A stretch of 64,000 nt of DNA, taken from NCBI GenBank assembly GCA_001938485.1, contig MQRK01237686.1, forward strand, positions 1-64,000. Reading direction: 5' to 3'. A program made the translations under genes and the position numbers. The first letter of the stretch is position 1. The number at the start of each line of letters is the position of its first letter. This document shows positions 39,838 to 54,647 of the stretch, one piece after another. Source of the DNA: Girardia tigrina (taxonomy: Eukaryota). The notes under the pieces were generated by a model. It saw only the letters and a list, made by a program, of their open reading frames with translations. It was not told where the DNA came from and did not search any database.

Positions 39838-40739
39838 ATTATTATTATTATTATCAGATCATTTCTATCATAAAATTAAATTAATTAAAAGAAATTTCTC
39901 TGAAGAAAATAATTATACTTATTAATTAAATGGTTTTTTAATGACTAAAGTTTTATTTTATTATAATAAATGAATCAAAAAACACCCGACAGAAAATAAA
40001 TAAGAAAGAGAATAATTAAAAATATAATTAAAACACATATAATTATGTGTTTATTTTTTAAAATAAATTTCGTTCCATTTATAAAATTTTCATTTGTTTT
40101 ACTTGAAATAATAAATTCATTATTTCTATTATATAAATGTTTTATTATTTTAATTTTATATATGGTCCAAATTTTCTTATTGTATGTATAATGGCCAATT
40201 CAACACAAAAATTGTATTAACTAAAATAAAATCAAGTTGTCGGATTCTATGACATAAATGTTTTATTATTATTTGTTATTTTGGCTGTAAATTTCATGTT
40301 TTTGTCTTGATATATATTTTGTATGTAACGTAACGTATAGTTTCTCTTTTTATCATGTAGTTAAATTTAAGTATGTTATTTTTTATGTATGTTGAATCCT
40401 TATTATTTTTTGTGGAACACTTATTTCTATTATGCATTTTTTTGTCGAAAAGAGATAAGAAAGAGAATAAAAACAATAAATGAATTAAATATAATTAATT
40501 AGCCTTTATCTCCATTTGCTAAATAATTATATTATTAAAATTTAAAATTATTGATTGCTTAATAAAACTTATTATTATTACTTGGATTTCTATATACATT
40601 CGCTTTTATTGTTCATGCAAAAATGACATAAACCGTGTGAGTAAGAATACGTATTGTTTGTTACTAAAAGAAATAACTAAGGTTAATTATGTAATAATTA
40701 TTGTGTGATTGCTGATTAAATTGATTTTGTAAAGTCAGT

Positions 40740-40866
40740 TGTGATGATACAATAAAATGCGTTACTTCTCTGATGTTGATTGTATGCTGAATGTATGTTG
40801 ATAGTATGTGTGTGTTTGAGAGTGTAAACCAATGAAAAGGCTTTGAAAATGTGAGTCATTATAACA
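40740..40866 (+). mobile_element. Short solo-LTR-like element
   Basis: tgtgatgat...cattataaca with flanks tcagt/tcact. Confidence 0.5.
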
Positions 40867-41265
40867 TCACTATTTTCCCCATTAAATAGTTGAGGTTATG
40901 GGTATTGTGTTATAATTAATAAATCTTAGAATCGGAATTAGTCCTTTTATTTTAAATGGATAACAAACCAGATACGTGAATTCAATATATTATAAACCCT
41001 AATTTTAATAAACCAGGTTGGTGGATATTTTCGCTCCGGTGCCCTTATTCTCATTATTCGTACGGAGGAAGATTAAGTAACGTTATTATTTTTATCATGT
41101 TCTGCTTTTTTATTAATTTAGACGAAATTGTATTGTTTATTCTTGTTATTAGTTTTTCATAGCTTAATCATAAAATTAAGATGGGGTTATTTTTATTAGG
41201 TTTGATTTTTAAAAAAAATCTATCATTGAAGTCTTAAACTTTGATACTAATAACATCAAACAAAG

Positions 41266-41305
<40 letters not shown>

Positions 41306-41355
41306 NNNNNNNNNNNNNNNNNNNNNNNNNNNNNNNNNNNNNNNNNNNNNNNNNN

Positions 41356-41388
<33 letters not shown>

Positions 41389-41620
41389 CTTTAGTGTAAA
41401 ATAAGCCAAAGGATCATTTTTTTTATTATATCGGTCATTTGGCGTATTTTACAGTATGTATTTTAGGTTATTTTATTGATAAGTATTTACTTCTTTATTA
41501 TTTTCAAAATTTATTTTATAATAGAATGTGAAAATGTGAGTGATTTATTTGAATCAAATATCTGAGTTGTCTTTGAGTAGTAAGGAAAGGGTAAGGTAAG
41601 GTGCTCATCACTTAGATCTG

Positions 41621-41669
<49 letters not shown>

Positions 41670-42299
41670 TATAATGCATTACTGAGTCTTACAAAAGCTA
41701 ATTTCATATTTTCAAAAATTTTTTGAAGGTTTTTTTAAGAAATTGATTATTGTATTTTTTTGGGAATTTCATTTTCTGTGATCATCAATCATCAACTAAT
41801 TAATTATTTTAAATATCAGTAATCTTTTCTTTGGAAGCTAAAATCATCAATTAATATATCATTGAACATCAAGCAGCAAAATACCACAAAATTAATAGTA
41901 ATAGCAGTAAAAATGTTTAGCTTTTGAAATAATTTCTCACAAACAGTTATCCTTTATCTTCTCATATCTTGGACACATCAGGAATCAGAATGTTCAGAAC
42001 ATAGTCCAATCCAACTATAATAAGTTGTGTATTTTTCGCAATTTGTAGTCAGTCCATAAATTTATGTGTATTTTATATATTGGTTTATTTATACATAGCT
42101 ATTTTTGTCGCAATATCAGTAAAATTTGTATCCTCTTTTATAGTAAAATATCTTGTCTTCTTTTCTTTAAAAAATTTCAAATTATTAAAAGATAAAGGGT
42201 AGTTAAAATAGATTAACATATCTTCTTTCCTACGAGTTCATGAGTTTCTGCATCTTTTTCGAATTGATATTAATATTCTTAGCTGATAAAGTACGAAAC

Positions 42300-42580
42300 A
42301 ATGTTATTTTAATGAAAACCTCCTTTATGTGTGAAAGCCAATCTAGTATATCAATTTAAATGTCACAAGTGCGAAGCGTTGTACATTGAAAGACTAATCG
42401 TCGTATCCGTACTAGAATTGCTGAGCATACTCAATCGAGTAGAAATAGTTCGATATTAAAAAATTATAATAATCATGATAAAGATTTTAAAGTTATTTTA
42501 AATAATTTTGACACAAATTATGAAAATATTTTTTGCCGAATGGTAAAGTAACATAAACCATGCTTAAATCTACAAGGTAA
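42300..42580 (+). mobile_element. Penelope-like GIY-YIG endonuclease remnant
   Basis: NLVYQFKCHKCEALYI..TNRRIRTRIAEH...HKPCLN. Confidence 0.75.
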
Positions 42581-43566
42581 TTTATATAATCACATTAAAA
42601 TTTTTTTTAAATAACATTAAAATATTTTTGAAATAATACTAAAATATTTTGAAGCATATTTGAGACGTATTATATAATAGTTTTTCAACTTTATAAATAG
42701 TAATAAGCACTTTTTTTGAAACACAGAAGATCCTGTGATGGTAAAACACATCTGTTTTTGGAATAAATTTAATAATAAATGGCCAATTATTTTTATTATT
42801 TTTGTTGCAGAAGAAAAATAAATCAATTAATTAAAAATTTTGAATATTATGGGTGAAATTTAGTTTCTGTTATTTTGTAAAATAATTTGAATATTTTTTT
42901 ATAAAATGTAAAATTTTCATTTCTAACTAATTTTTGATTATTTTAATATTTGGAGAGAAACTTAATTAACATTTTAGAATAAATCTTGATTTATTATAAA
43001 AAAAATTAAATATAAATTTTAAAAATAAGTAACGTATTTTTAATTTCTTACACAAATAATATGCTTTTTTAATTTTGAGTTGTATATATATATAAATATT
43101 TATATATATAAATAAAATAATTAATTAATTTCATAAATCAGAAACAGTCGTTTTTAATAAAAAATTATTTAAGTCAAGTAATAATTCAATGTTGTAAATT
43201 TATTTTATGGGATTATTTTTCTGTTATTTATTGAAAAATATAATTATTCATAAATAATATTAATGCCAAAATCAAATGAATCATAAAAAATGTTGGCATT
43301 TAAAATTCTAAAAATAGAAGAAAAATAAATAAAATTTTATTTAATATATTTTTAACATTTAAAGAAATATTTTTAAAGAAGAAGAAGCTTTAAAGAAGCT
43401 TTTATCATGGATTTATGTTCTATTCAAAAATAAAACTTTCTTCACAAAAAATTAAATAAATATTTTTTCCATGATTTTTGTTTAAATGTTCGATTGTCAA
43501 AAAAACCGAATCATTGATTTCACTACTTCAGCTCGCCTCTTATACTCTACTTTTCATCCGCCAACT

Positions 43567-44100
43567 CTAGTAACTCATCTTCTTGTTTTTTTTCAGATTC
43601 AAACTTACTTCTTGATAATCGATCAACTTTCGTATCTTCTCCTTCAAGTTTAATGGAAATGAAATAATGCAAGAAACACTTTGAACATAAATTATTTTAC
43701 AACACTCAATAAACGTTGGACACTTTCCTTCTCGCGATCTTGTTTTTGATTCCAATCATCAAACATTTCTGTGTCACATTTTTAAAACATTTTTTTTCAA
43801 TTTTGTTGATTTCATTCTTTCTCGTTTTGTCTAGTTTTAACAAAACATCCCATACTTTAGTTGGGTCCTTATAAGTCAATTCGGCGATGACTTTGGGTAG
43901 ACCGAACCAATTCACGTCACCCTCATCTCGTGGTACGAGTTGACAATTTTGACTAACGTTTTCATTTACTGAGTTGCTTTTAGTTTCGAACAAATTTTCT
44001 AACTCAAGGGAAAGAAAAAATCAAACGCTTTTCATCAAACAATATATTAACATTCAAAACAACGTCCTCTCTTACATACAGATCCGAAAATTCAAATCAC
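43567..44100 (-). pseudogene. Unidentified frameshifted coding fragment
   Basis: Overlapping ORFs 43706-43993 and 43567-43755 with protein-like composition. Family not recognised. Confidence 0.3.
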
Positions 44101-44298
44101 GATTTTCAGTTTTGATAAACAAATTAATTCTTTTAAATCAACTTTATATTTCAAGAAAATAAATAATCAGAGTAAAGTAAGACTTAATATTAATTTCTGT
44201 TACAGCATTCAGATATTGAAGTTTCATCAACCATTTGAATAATTTTTGTTCTACAAAGATTTTGTTACGAGTTGTTCAGATTCCATAATGATCTTTAA

Positions 44299-45007
44299 TA
44301 TAGGGTTGCCTCATAAGTTTTGTATTTCCTCTAATAATTCCTCTATATTTGCAATCCATAATAAAATGTGAATTAGATAAAATAACATTGGCGATCTACT
44401 TATGTCCAATAATTTTTTTTAATAAAATAATAGCATTTTCATAAATTTCGAACATTTTCATCATCCTAATGGATTTTAATCGCTCTGATATTCGTAAATT
44501 AATTTACTATTGCTGGAAAAGGGATTTAACACCTTCACAGATGACTGATGAAATTAACATGGCCCTTGGAGTTGGAACAGTCTCAAAGAGAACATGTGAA
44601 AGGTGTATTTCCAATTTTCGTGAAAACAACTTTAACACAGACGATCAAGTCCGTGAAGGGCGGCCCTCTCTTGTCATAGACGAGAAGATAGTTAGACAAG
44701 CGTGTAACTACGAGGAACATTGCAGAGGGAATTGATCAGGATAAAACCACGGTGTGCCGGCACTTGAATTCAATGGGATACCGATACCTGGAAAATTACT
44801 GTGTGCCACACGCTCTGGAGCAACGGAACAAGGATAATCGCAAAAGATTTTGTCAACAGCTATTAGATAGTTCTCCCAGGAATGATTTCCTGTCCCAAAT
44901 CATCCCCAGCTATGAGGTCTGGGTGTACTGGCACAACGAAGGCGCTTCCAACAATAAATCATGGATAAAATGTTTTTTTGCGATAAAACTTATGAGGTAA
45001 CCTTTAT
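44299..45007 (+). mobile_element. Internally deleted mariner
   Basis: TIRs tagggttgcctcataagtttt vs reverse complement aaggttacctcataagtttt. HTH ORFs 44469-45000 with REGRP and VPHAL; catalytic half missing. Confidence 0.85.
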
Positions 45008-45514
45008 ATGAGTTTTAAATAAATAAATGTAATTGGTTCTGTATAGAAGTTCATAAATATTTAAGGTTTTCAAGATTACTTTTGAAATAAATGACCCATC
45101 AAGATCAGATTTCAGGTTGCTTTATATAGCTATAAATCTCGTTTTAATAAGATTCTTCAATTTTTTATTAATATAAACTTTTTTGGTTTAATTATTAAGG
45201 AAAGAAATGTAACTTGAAAATTGCAATAATTTAATTATCAAATTTTTAAATAAATAATTTTAATAATTATATTAATTGCCCATGAATTTCGGAAAACTTT
45301 TCCCATGAATCCCATCACACATTTATAATTTTATATTTTGAGAAAGCAAGATAATTATTCCTACGAGAATTTATTTTTCTATCCCTAGTTCTAATATTGT
45401 CATTGTAATTTTGTTTATTTTAAAATAAACCTCAAATTATATTTCAACATCCTCACTTAATTTTCATTTTAATAAGAAATCTATTGACATAAATTTTTAA
45501 AATTTATTTCAGAT

Positions 45515-45800
45515 TATTCAGGGGCTAGCAAAAGTAGGTATACAGTGAAAAAAAGAGAAAGTATTTACTGCATTTATTATACAAACAAACTAATGTTGCA
45601 CAAAAGAATAATGTCCCAACAACACCTTTCCAAGAAAGCCTAGCCAAAAGTGCTGCGCAAGGCCGATTGAGTTGTTATTCAATAGCAATATGCGGGTTTT
45701 TGGTAGATTCACGAAACCCGATAATTTGAAGTTTGCTTTGTCAAAATATACAAGATTACTCCCAGGGTGGCTCATAAGTCACACAATCTTAAGATATTTA
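45515..45800 (-). mobile_element. Tc1/mariner (rosa/Tc3-like) remnant
   Basis: VYFDKANFKLSGFVN..TRI resembles FSDEA.F.L.G.VN..N.R. Confidence 0.5.
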
Positions 45801-46274
45801 TGCATTAATAAGTGAATACGTGTATGTTTTTATTATTCAGTCTCACCTCGTTACTCACCTCGTACATTGAAAGAAGAATAGATTTTTGTGTTTTTGTCGT
45901 TAAAATGTTGTGATACACAACAAGGATTACCGTAAAGCACAATAATGTGATCAAAATTAACTACTTATAGATCGATGTCTTTTTTATAAAGTAATAAAGA
46001 AAAAAACAATAATGAAACAATAAACACAAAATATAAATTCAAAAATCAATCATAAAATGTACAAGAAGACAATGAAAAGCTTTTATTGTCATAACTAACA
46101 CCAGAAGTGATAAAATTGTATTTTATTTAAATTGCAAAATATTTCGATGCACTTCCCGCCATCTTTAGACTTAATAAACGACAATTGTGCTGCAATTTAT
46201 TAAAACAACGGTTATTTCATCAAATTACAAAGTGGAAAAGAATTTTTTTTGGGCATAAATTGATGGACTTATTA

Positions 46275-46895
46275 ATGTTTAATAAATTGGAGGACGAGAC
46301 AATTCGACACATATTTTTTATTCGACAAATTTCTTAATTCAACATATTATTTTCATTCGACATATTTTTTAATACGAAACATAAGTGAAATGAGATATTT
46401 TTCATTGTAACTAGATATTTTTTAATTACTATATTTTTATTTTGACTTTAGATCAAGCAAGGTCCAAACACTGGAGTGGCTGCAGTAAAATATGACATTA
46501 AGAGCATTGTGAAAACATTCACAACAATTTGTAGTTTTTGGTGTTTGCTCATTAGCAGAATCAAAGCTGAGGAGGTTTGCCAAGAACACCGTCAATGTAA
46601 CGTGATAATAAATATGTAAGAATTTCATCGCACGTATCCTCATCAGGAAATATTGCAGCAAGAATATGAAAAACATTCCTGACATCAGTAGCAGGCACAA
46701 AAGGATTTTAGCCTAAGTTTGATACCAATGTTGCTTTAATATTTATTCTTCAATCCAACCGTGTTAACTTTTCTGCATGAAAAATATTTCAATTTTAAAT
46801 CAAAAAAAATATAAAGTCAAAATAAAAATCTTATTATTGAAAATGCCGAGTTTCATTTGTGTCGAATTTAAAAATATGTATCGAAATGTCATGGA
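46275..46895 (-). mobile_element. MULE/Mutator remnant with TIRs
   Basis: TTNCCECFHNAL...HSSVWTLL motif. Inverted, repeated attcgacaca termini. Confidence 0.7.
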
Positions 46896-47387
46896 ACTAA
46901 TAAATTGCTTCACAAGTAATTTTTAAAAGTAGTGCAGAGTATTTTAAAATCGGTTATTTTCACATCCAACTTACAAAATTTATTCATATATACAGTAATT
47001 TTGCTACAATTTCTCAATCGTCTGTGTCCAGGAATCCAGAAGACGAAAGGTCTCTCCAATATATGTGACATTACATCAGTTACATTTATCCATCAATCTA
47101 GAGGATTAGAGCACAATCTCAAAAGAATTTAATATTTCCTACTGAAAATACTTTGAATTCTATGATTATCTCTTCCACCTTGTTTTATTACATATTTTTA
47201 GTTTGTTAAGTATGAAATTTGTAGGCTCGATTACAATAAATTCAAATAGTTCTAATTTGACAATGACTTAACGTTTTGTTGCTCAGTTTTTTTGTTTGAG
47301 TGCTACATATCTTGGCTATTGAACACATCAATAAAAATTAATTAAAATTATTGATAACTTGTTTTAATAATCAGTTATTATAAAAAA

Positions 47388-48447
47388 TGGAAAAGGCAGA
47401 AATTCGAAATATTATGATGTATGATTTTTTACGTAGCGCCTCAACATCAAAAACAGTAGTATGTTTAATTACAATACTAATAAGCAACAGTCCGTCTCAA
47501 ATTGGTTCAGGAAGTTCATAAAAAGTAATTTAACCTCATTAATTAGTCTCGGGTTGCCCAGCAACGCAGATATCAGTCATTATTTGATGATAATCTTGGA
47601 GTCAAAACCATTACAAAGTACTCATGCTTTATTGCTAATGTTTGCTGTTACAAAGCAAATAATATTAAAACTTTTGCTCTAATTAGTAAATAAAAAACGT
47701 TGTATAAGTGTATTTCTCATGAGTCGAATGAAAAGCAGAAACAAAAGCTTGTGGATACTTGCTTTATAAGGCTTTCTCGTTATAAATGTGATCAATTTTT
47801 GAATTAAATCGAATTTGTGATAAAAAGTTAATTCAATATAATAATCAGAAACGTTTAGCAAGCTTGGTAGACACGTATGAAAAACCCAAATACAGTCCAA
47901 AGCACAACATTTATTAAACATAGCTAATGATGAGTTTTTGTTGGTCTGTCACATATGTAATCCATTATGACTTCATGAAACCCTGTTTGTCGATAACAGC
48001 AGATAATTACTAAAACCAATTGGAAGATATGATGTGGTAGCTCAAAGAAAAAGAGCCACGTATGGTAAACATTTCGACTCCTATCTTTGCTCTACGACAA
48101 TACAAAACCCTAGACTGCAGTTAAGCCAATGACAAAACTACAGGAACTTCAGTTGTAACTTCATCCATACTCGCTAGACCTAGCCAAAACTGATTACCAT
48201 TTCTTCCACAATTTGAAGAAATTTTCGATAGGAAAAAATTCAATTCCGAAGATGCCGTAAAAAGGCTTCTCAGAAATTTATAGATTCGTGCCCATAGAAT
48301 TCAAATGTTCTCAACAAGCTGCGGCTCAAATAACAAAACGTCGATAATATGTTAGTATACTTTGATGAATCTTATAAATATTTTTAGTGGTAAATTATCA
48401 ATAAACTTTGACTTTAGTTCTACAAATGTCATAATTGACAACCTAAC
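47388..48447 (+). mobile_element. Decayed mariner
   Basis: MEKAEIRNIMMYDF start, HPYSLDLAKTDYHFF motif, end acaacctaac. Confidence 0.8.
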
Positions 48448-49477
48448 ACGTTATTAGATTATACTGTCATCATTTTAAGACATCATTCGTAACATTAATT
48501 TTACATGCAGATGGTAGAAAATCCAACAAAATATATTTCAATTATAATAAATTTAATTTCATCAATGGCATTATTAATTATTTTATATTTTTCAACATAA
48601 ATAATTAATTTCATATAATAAGATTTTACTCAAAATACATTTTATGTTTAATTTATTTCAATATTTAAATTCTTTCTTTGAACCATTCTCAAGGGGTATT
48701 GGACATCGCTGTGTGACTGGCAATGGATAAGGAGATTAGATCGTCGGATAGATGAATCAATATAAAAATAACTGCGTGTCTTCTCACCTTTTTGAAGCCA
48801 TTTATTATTTACTAAGACTGGTTTTGAGCACTGCTTTTTTGGAGGTAAATGAATATTATTTATTTCGTCTTATGTTGACCGATCTAATTAATTGATGACA
48901 ATGAATTTCATATTCCTCATTAATTTAAACCAACATTTTTAGTGTCACCCAGAAGCATTTATTTAGTTTCGCAAAAATATAAATAAATAATAAACATGCT
49001 ATTAAAGTAGTCAAACCCGGTATTAAAATAATAATATAAAAAGAAGTTCGGAATCAAATAGTCAACAGAGGCGCCAATATCTCCGTTGATATTTTTTATT
49101 TTTTTTGGTTATTTTTAAATTTTTTTCTCGGTGTTTTGACTTTAAAATGTTAGGAATAGTTAAAATAAGAGATACAAAATATTTTCACTTATCAGTAGTT
49201 TATTTCTATTTTACTAGTTTCAAAAAGACCAAATAAATGATACATTGGATCTTGTGAAGAAGAAGAACCGGACTTTCGAGTCTAAGAAGTGGAAGTTCTC
49301 AAACCAAATGAGCATAAAGAAGCTACGAGCAACCGGGAATCTCTCATGCTAACGGTTTTTATGGAATTTCCATGTCGTGATTTTAATAAAATTAACCCCT
49401 GTAACTATTTCGATTAAGTCCAAAAAGCCAAGTAGTCCAGACGAATATTCCACAAATGCATTTTCTATTTTCTAGAG

Positions 49478-50143
49478 CAGTGGTGGGTAAACGGTTGATC
49501 GCGAGCTGTTTGATAGTAGATCGAGACGTTTTTTTCAGATAAATTAAAAATCTTTAACAATAGATTTACCTGAGTAAAAAAGAATCGTAAAAACAAAATG
49601 GAAATACACATATTTCCATTGAAATTGTAAATTAAGACTCAAAATTTAACGTTAAATTAAAATATATTTAAAGTTTAAATTAATGGTAATTAAAATGACA
49701 GGATATGATTTTGTTTGAATATTCAAAAATTTGGTGTCGCTTCATGTACTAAAATTAACCGCACAGCATCTTATACTTCGAATGTCTTCGCAACAATCTA
49801 AGTTAGGCACTGAAGCATTCTTTGTGATCTCTTATGTTTTGGGAAAAAATAAAGTCTTATAGTCATGGAAGCTTTTCTTGAGAGCAGTTAAAAATTATTT
49901 AACAACTTTAAAAATAAAAACAAAATCCTTAATGCAATTAAAGATTTGCAATTTTCTCGCCGATGAAATAGAATTCCATGCGTCAAGATCCAAAAATTAA
50001 TTACACTTATCTTGTACAATAATTGTGTAATTTTATAATAAAATTAATACTAAGACATGTTTTCTCATTTCGGAAAGAGTCGATCGCAGTTAAATATCAA
50101 AAAATTTAGACGATCATACATCGTTTAAATGTGCCCATCCCTA
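49478..50143 (+). mobile_element. Non-autonomous hAT (Charlie-like)
   Basis: Perfect 8-bp TSD TTCTAGAG. Ends cagtggtgggtaaac...gtgcccatcccta. Internal transposase scrap (ILNAIKDLQFSR). Confidence 0.85.
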
Positions 50144-51049
50144 TTCTAGAGGATATTGCTCAACTCTCACTAGTGCATTCTCAAATGCGAAAAATAGAAA
50201 TTGTATTTTTACAGCCTCCTACACCATCCATGTTCACTGGACCTATGTCCGAGTGCTTTTTATTGGTTCATGTAAATTACGAAGTTCTAGGAAAAAATAA
50301 TTGTGTTTTACAGATGGAAAAATTGCTAGGTGGTTTGCCTTGTTTCTGTAATAGCCTTGTTTGTGTATATTCTTAATGTATTGAATTCTAATGTTTTGTG
50401 GTATTAATGGTTTGTTGATTCCACTGATAGTTTGATCAAACCAGATCTCTTTGATTTCTTTTAGTTTTGAAGTTGTGTTTACACTTTCTTTTAAACTTCA
50501 TCTTGTAGTCCCTTCAACAATTTGATATCGAAATTTTTCATATATCTTATTTCGTTAATAAATGATCTTGAAAGGAAATTTGACTTTCCATAGATATAAA
50601 TTATGTTACAATTAAATTATGACAAAAACAGATGAGATTTAATTATCTTGGACTAGGTTTTGGTATATCGAAGAGTCTAGTTGATGGCTTATGATCTGGA
50701 AGTTGCATGGTCAGTCCAGGAGAAAGTCATAGTAATATACCGATTAAAAAATCGCAAATAATTCGCAATCAAAAGTCGAGTATCCCGTTTCGAGTGATTT
50801 TAATTTTTGCAAAAAGAACGATTTAGGTGTCTCTATGTCGAAAGTCTTTGGACTAAATGTGGTGTCAAAAGCTTTAGTTGAAGAGTCAGTCGTTAGTGTT
50901 TGTAAAGTGTTATTTTGTAGCATAGATCATTCAGTAATGTTTTTGAGTTCAGATCTTAATTTTTCAAATATTTTATTGATTTCTTCATTTATTTTGTTTA
51001 ATCGACCATCGGTACTAATATTTCTGAGCAATGTGTTATGAATTGGTGG

Positions 51050-51135
51050 TAAAAATTCACCATCCCACAGAATCTTCTGACGTCACATACGTTTCGTGGA
51101 GGTTTAACGGACATTATGACATCGACCCACTTCAT
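51050..51135 (-). mobile_element. Ty3/gypsy RT C-terminal scrap
   Basis: VKPPRNVCDVRRFCGMVNFYH. Confidence 0.7.
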
Positions 51136-52054
51136 TTATTTTCTTATGCCAGATAATCCAAAAAAATAAATATAAAATAAACTTTTCCATGTCAAAAAAT
51201 ATAAATATTTTACATATAATTACGGATATTAAATACTACTATTAATACATTATCATAGTAAACATTTCTTACAATAATTAAACGAAACAAACAAAAGAAG
51301 AATGAAGATTGATGTAAGAAATCGTTCTTTATGGGAAAAGATTTATAAATTTTGGTCGAAAAGAATTCTTCCTCAAAATTTGTGGATGAAAACTAAAATG
51401 GTCATATTATTCCCCAATTAAATTAATTATGTTGACGTAAATAGTTTGTTTTCGTTTCTTTTTTTAGACATTGAAACAATTATTTTGTTGAAAAGAATGG
51501 AGATTTTAATTAAATTTCTCCCACTTCCTCAAACCCCATTCTTTTAGAAAAAGTCTTTGATAAATTTCGGTATTGTGCTTTTGTATTTGTACAAAAATCG
51601 ATCAACCTTTTTAGCAATAGAAAGTTTTAATTCTCAAAAAGAAGGAAATGGAAATAGTGAATTATTATTTGTGAAAGTCAATGGAAAGAAGTTTTCTTGG
51701 TGAGCAAAACATCACCCCGAGAGAGACAAATAAAATAATTCCATCTCGATTACCTTTTGTTCTCAAGAAAACCATTAATTAATTTGTTTGATTTCGTAAT
51801 TTTAAAGGGGTAAATCAAATTTGTGTTCGGTCAGTCCAACCATAAAATACATTAAAAATTGATTATTTAGTTGTAATTAGTGAAAAAAATTCTGTCTGTT
51901 CGTTCATTTGGAGATGGAAAAAGATATTTTGTTGTGAAGAATTAGTTTGAAAATTATTATTTATTTTATAAAGAAGTGTCTTTTTAATTTTTATTTTCAA
52001 TCGTTGATTAAACAACTTTAACATAGTTTATTATATTTTTCAGAAGAAAATGAT

Positions 52055-52582
52055 TGTTAGATGCTCTTGGAACATCCTCAGAATTATTATTAAAATTTGA
52101 TTCCTTTGATACAATGTTTTCAGAAAATGTGACTAACACTAATATTTAAACAAACTTATTTTTTGAGAAACAATTTGATTTATAAATCTTAAATCAGTAT
52201 AAATAAAAATAATTGTAATATTAATATTTGATTTTATTTTATAAATTTTACCTTTCATAAATTTTATTTTAATAAAAAATTACTCTAATATTATCAAATA
52301 CTTAATCATTTCGTAAAATTTTTTTAATTAAAAAAATCTCTTAAAAAATCTCTATTCTCTAAGTAGTATATTTAATCAAATTTATAATTTTAAATTACAC
52401 GAATATTAACAATTATTTAATAGTTTCGTTCAATTTTATTAATTTTAAAACTTATTCTACAATCATCAAATAATTATATATTTTAAAAATTTTCTACATT
52501 TTAATCGGTATATTTATTTTTTTTCTTTTAACTTAATTGTATTTCTTGAAGAAATTTTAATAATCTTTCTGAAATCCAAACA
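52055..52582 (-). mobile_element. Solo-LTR-like element (subfamily B-like)
   Basis: Perfect TSD ATGAT and TG...CA ends. GTG at 52139 opens 28 codons +1 nt (VLVTFSENIVSKESNFNNNSEDVPRASN). Confidence 0.8.
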
Positions 52583-53247
52583 ATGATATTTAATTACCTA
52601 AAGAAATTCGATACCTTTGGTTTTGTTCTTTTACGGATTTTGAAACATTTTATGTCTTCGAAAGGAAGTTCCGGTAGAAGTTTTAGAGTAGATCTTTCAA
52701 TAATATTTTGAAATTATCTTTCTTAGCAGAATTTACTCAAATCTAATCATAACCTCCTCTGTATTTGTCTCTTCAATATCCTGTACTCATAGAATACAAT
52801 ATGTCACTTGGTTTGAATTTTATTGGACGAGTACAATAAGAGGAAGGGGGGAACAAAGTCAAAAGAGTATAAAGAAACATAAAGTTTTTTTGAAAGTAAA
52901 AGTCATAGTGTACAATATATTGCCGTAAGATATAATTGCATTAAATAAATTTCTCGTCATACTCTTAACTTAATTATGAAAGTTTAATATCGATAATTTG
53001 AAATAATATTTCATGAGAAAAGTATTTAAAATTAGATTTAAAATAAGTTCCGTATTTACAACGTGGAAAATCTACACTCTCGATAAATCCAGTCGAAATA
53101 AAATCAAAGTGAATCATCCAATCACATTAAAGTATTTTAATTAATTAAAAATAGAATATATACTTAAACGTTTTTACAAAATTTAATCTCGTGAACGCTC
53201 GTTTGACTTTGTTTACAAATAATTTGATTAAATCACTTTTTTATTAT

Positions 53248-53288
53248 TCCGAAAATGTTTCGATGTATTTTCACATCATCTTCAGTGA
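53248..53288 (-). ncRNA. Decayed Penelope-type hammerhead motif
   Basis: CUGAAGA U GAUGUG-AAAA-UACAUC GAAAC. Stems I and III are broken. Confidence 0.45.
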
Positions 53289-54647
53289 TTTTTAATTGTA
53301 ATTCATTTTTTTTAATTGGTAATATAATTTAATTTTACTCATAATTTAATTTAAATGATATCATAATTTAAATTGACTATAATTTATTTTAAAATTTCCA
53401 ATAAATGGTAACATAATTTAAATTAATTATATTTGTAAAATATATTGTTGATCAAAATTTTTAATATTAAATTAATTAAAAATATTTAAAATTGAGGTCG
53501 CTTTACTTTTTTTCCATTTCGAATATTAATTAATGGATTATAGTGCCTGATCAACAATGATTTACAAAACTGCCGTTTGTAGGGTGATTCAAACTTTTTT
53601 TTGTTAAATAGAGAACTCATCTATAGAAATCGGTGAGCTTTTATCCTTACAACATCTGAAGTGATCAAACATCTTGCTCGATAGACTTACAATAATATAT
53701 TTATTTAATTATTTTTATCTGACAATAAAAACATTAAAAAATAAATATTTCAGTACATTTTTTAACAAATAACATTTTATAGAAATAAATAAATAAATAT
53801 GAATATTTAATTTAAATGTCTCGCTAGAATAATAAAAAATCGATTTTTTCTCAATTGAATTGATTTCTTTTTTTAAATCATTCTTTCTGAAAATTCAGAG
53901 ATTGTCAATAGAATCAAATTCAAGTCTTGATCTGATCATCATTGATTCAGATCCAGAAATAATAAATGTCAGTTAATATTACTTTTCAAAATATATAAAA
54001 AAAAGACATTTTGCTGTAGCAGTATAATTTATATTAAAATTTGATTAAATATTTATATTTTTTAGACTTCATAGATTTAGAAATACTTTGAACTGTCTTT
54101 ATATGTGGCTAAAGTCATCCGAAAAGAGAGCAATGTCAAGAGGATTGGACGACGGATGTCGGTTAAATTCCTTTTAAAGATATTTTCTATAATGCCATTT
54201 ATTTATAATGTTTTTCTCGTTTAATTTACAAATTAGCGACTAAAACTGCAAAGAAACATTTTTAAGAAATGGGAACAATTTCTAATATCATCCGGTAATC
54301 TTTTTAATGGAAGTCGTAGACAAATGTTTCGAAATAACCGACAAAAGTAGTTAAAATCTCAACATAATCTGTATCGATTTTTTTTAGAATAAAGAAACAA
54401 TGAAAAAATTTTTTTCAGTAAAATAAATTTCAAAACATTTTCTTATTATCTTTAAACACATTGCAAATGGTTATTTTCTTATATTAAAATAATTAAATAA
54501 TAGGAAATAGAACCGTTTGCTGATTTTTTAAACACATTTATAAGAATAAAATACTCGTCTAGTAAGCATAAAATTGTATACGGTCACTATTCATGACGCA
54601 TTTGGTTCTGCTCTCTGATTGGTTACAAAATTAATTATTTTTAGATA

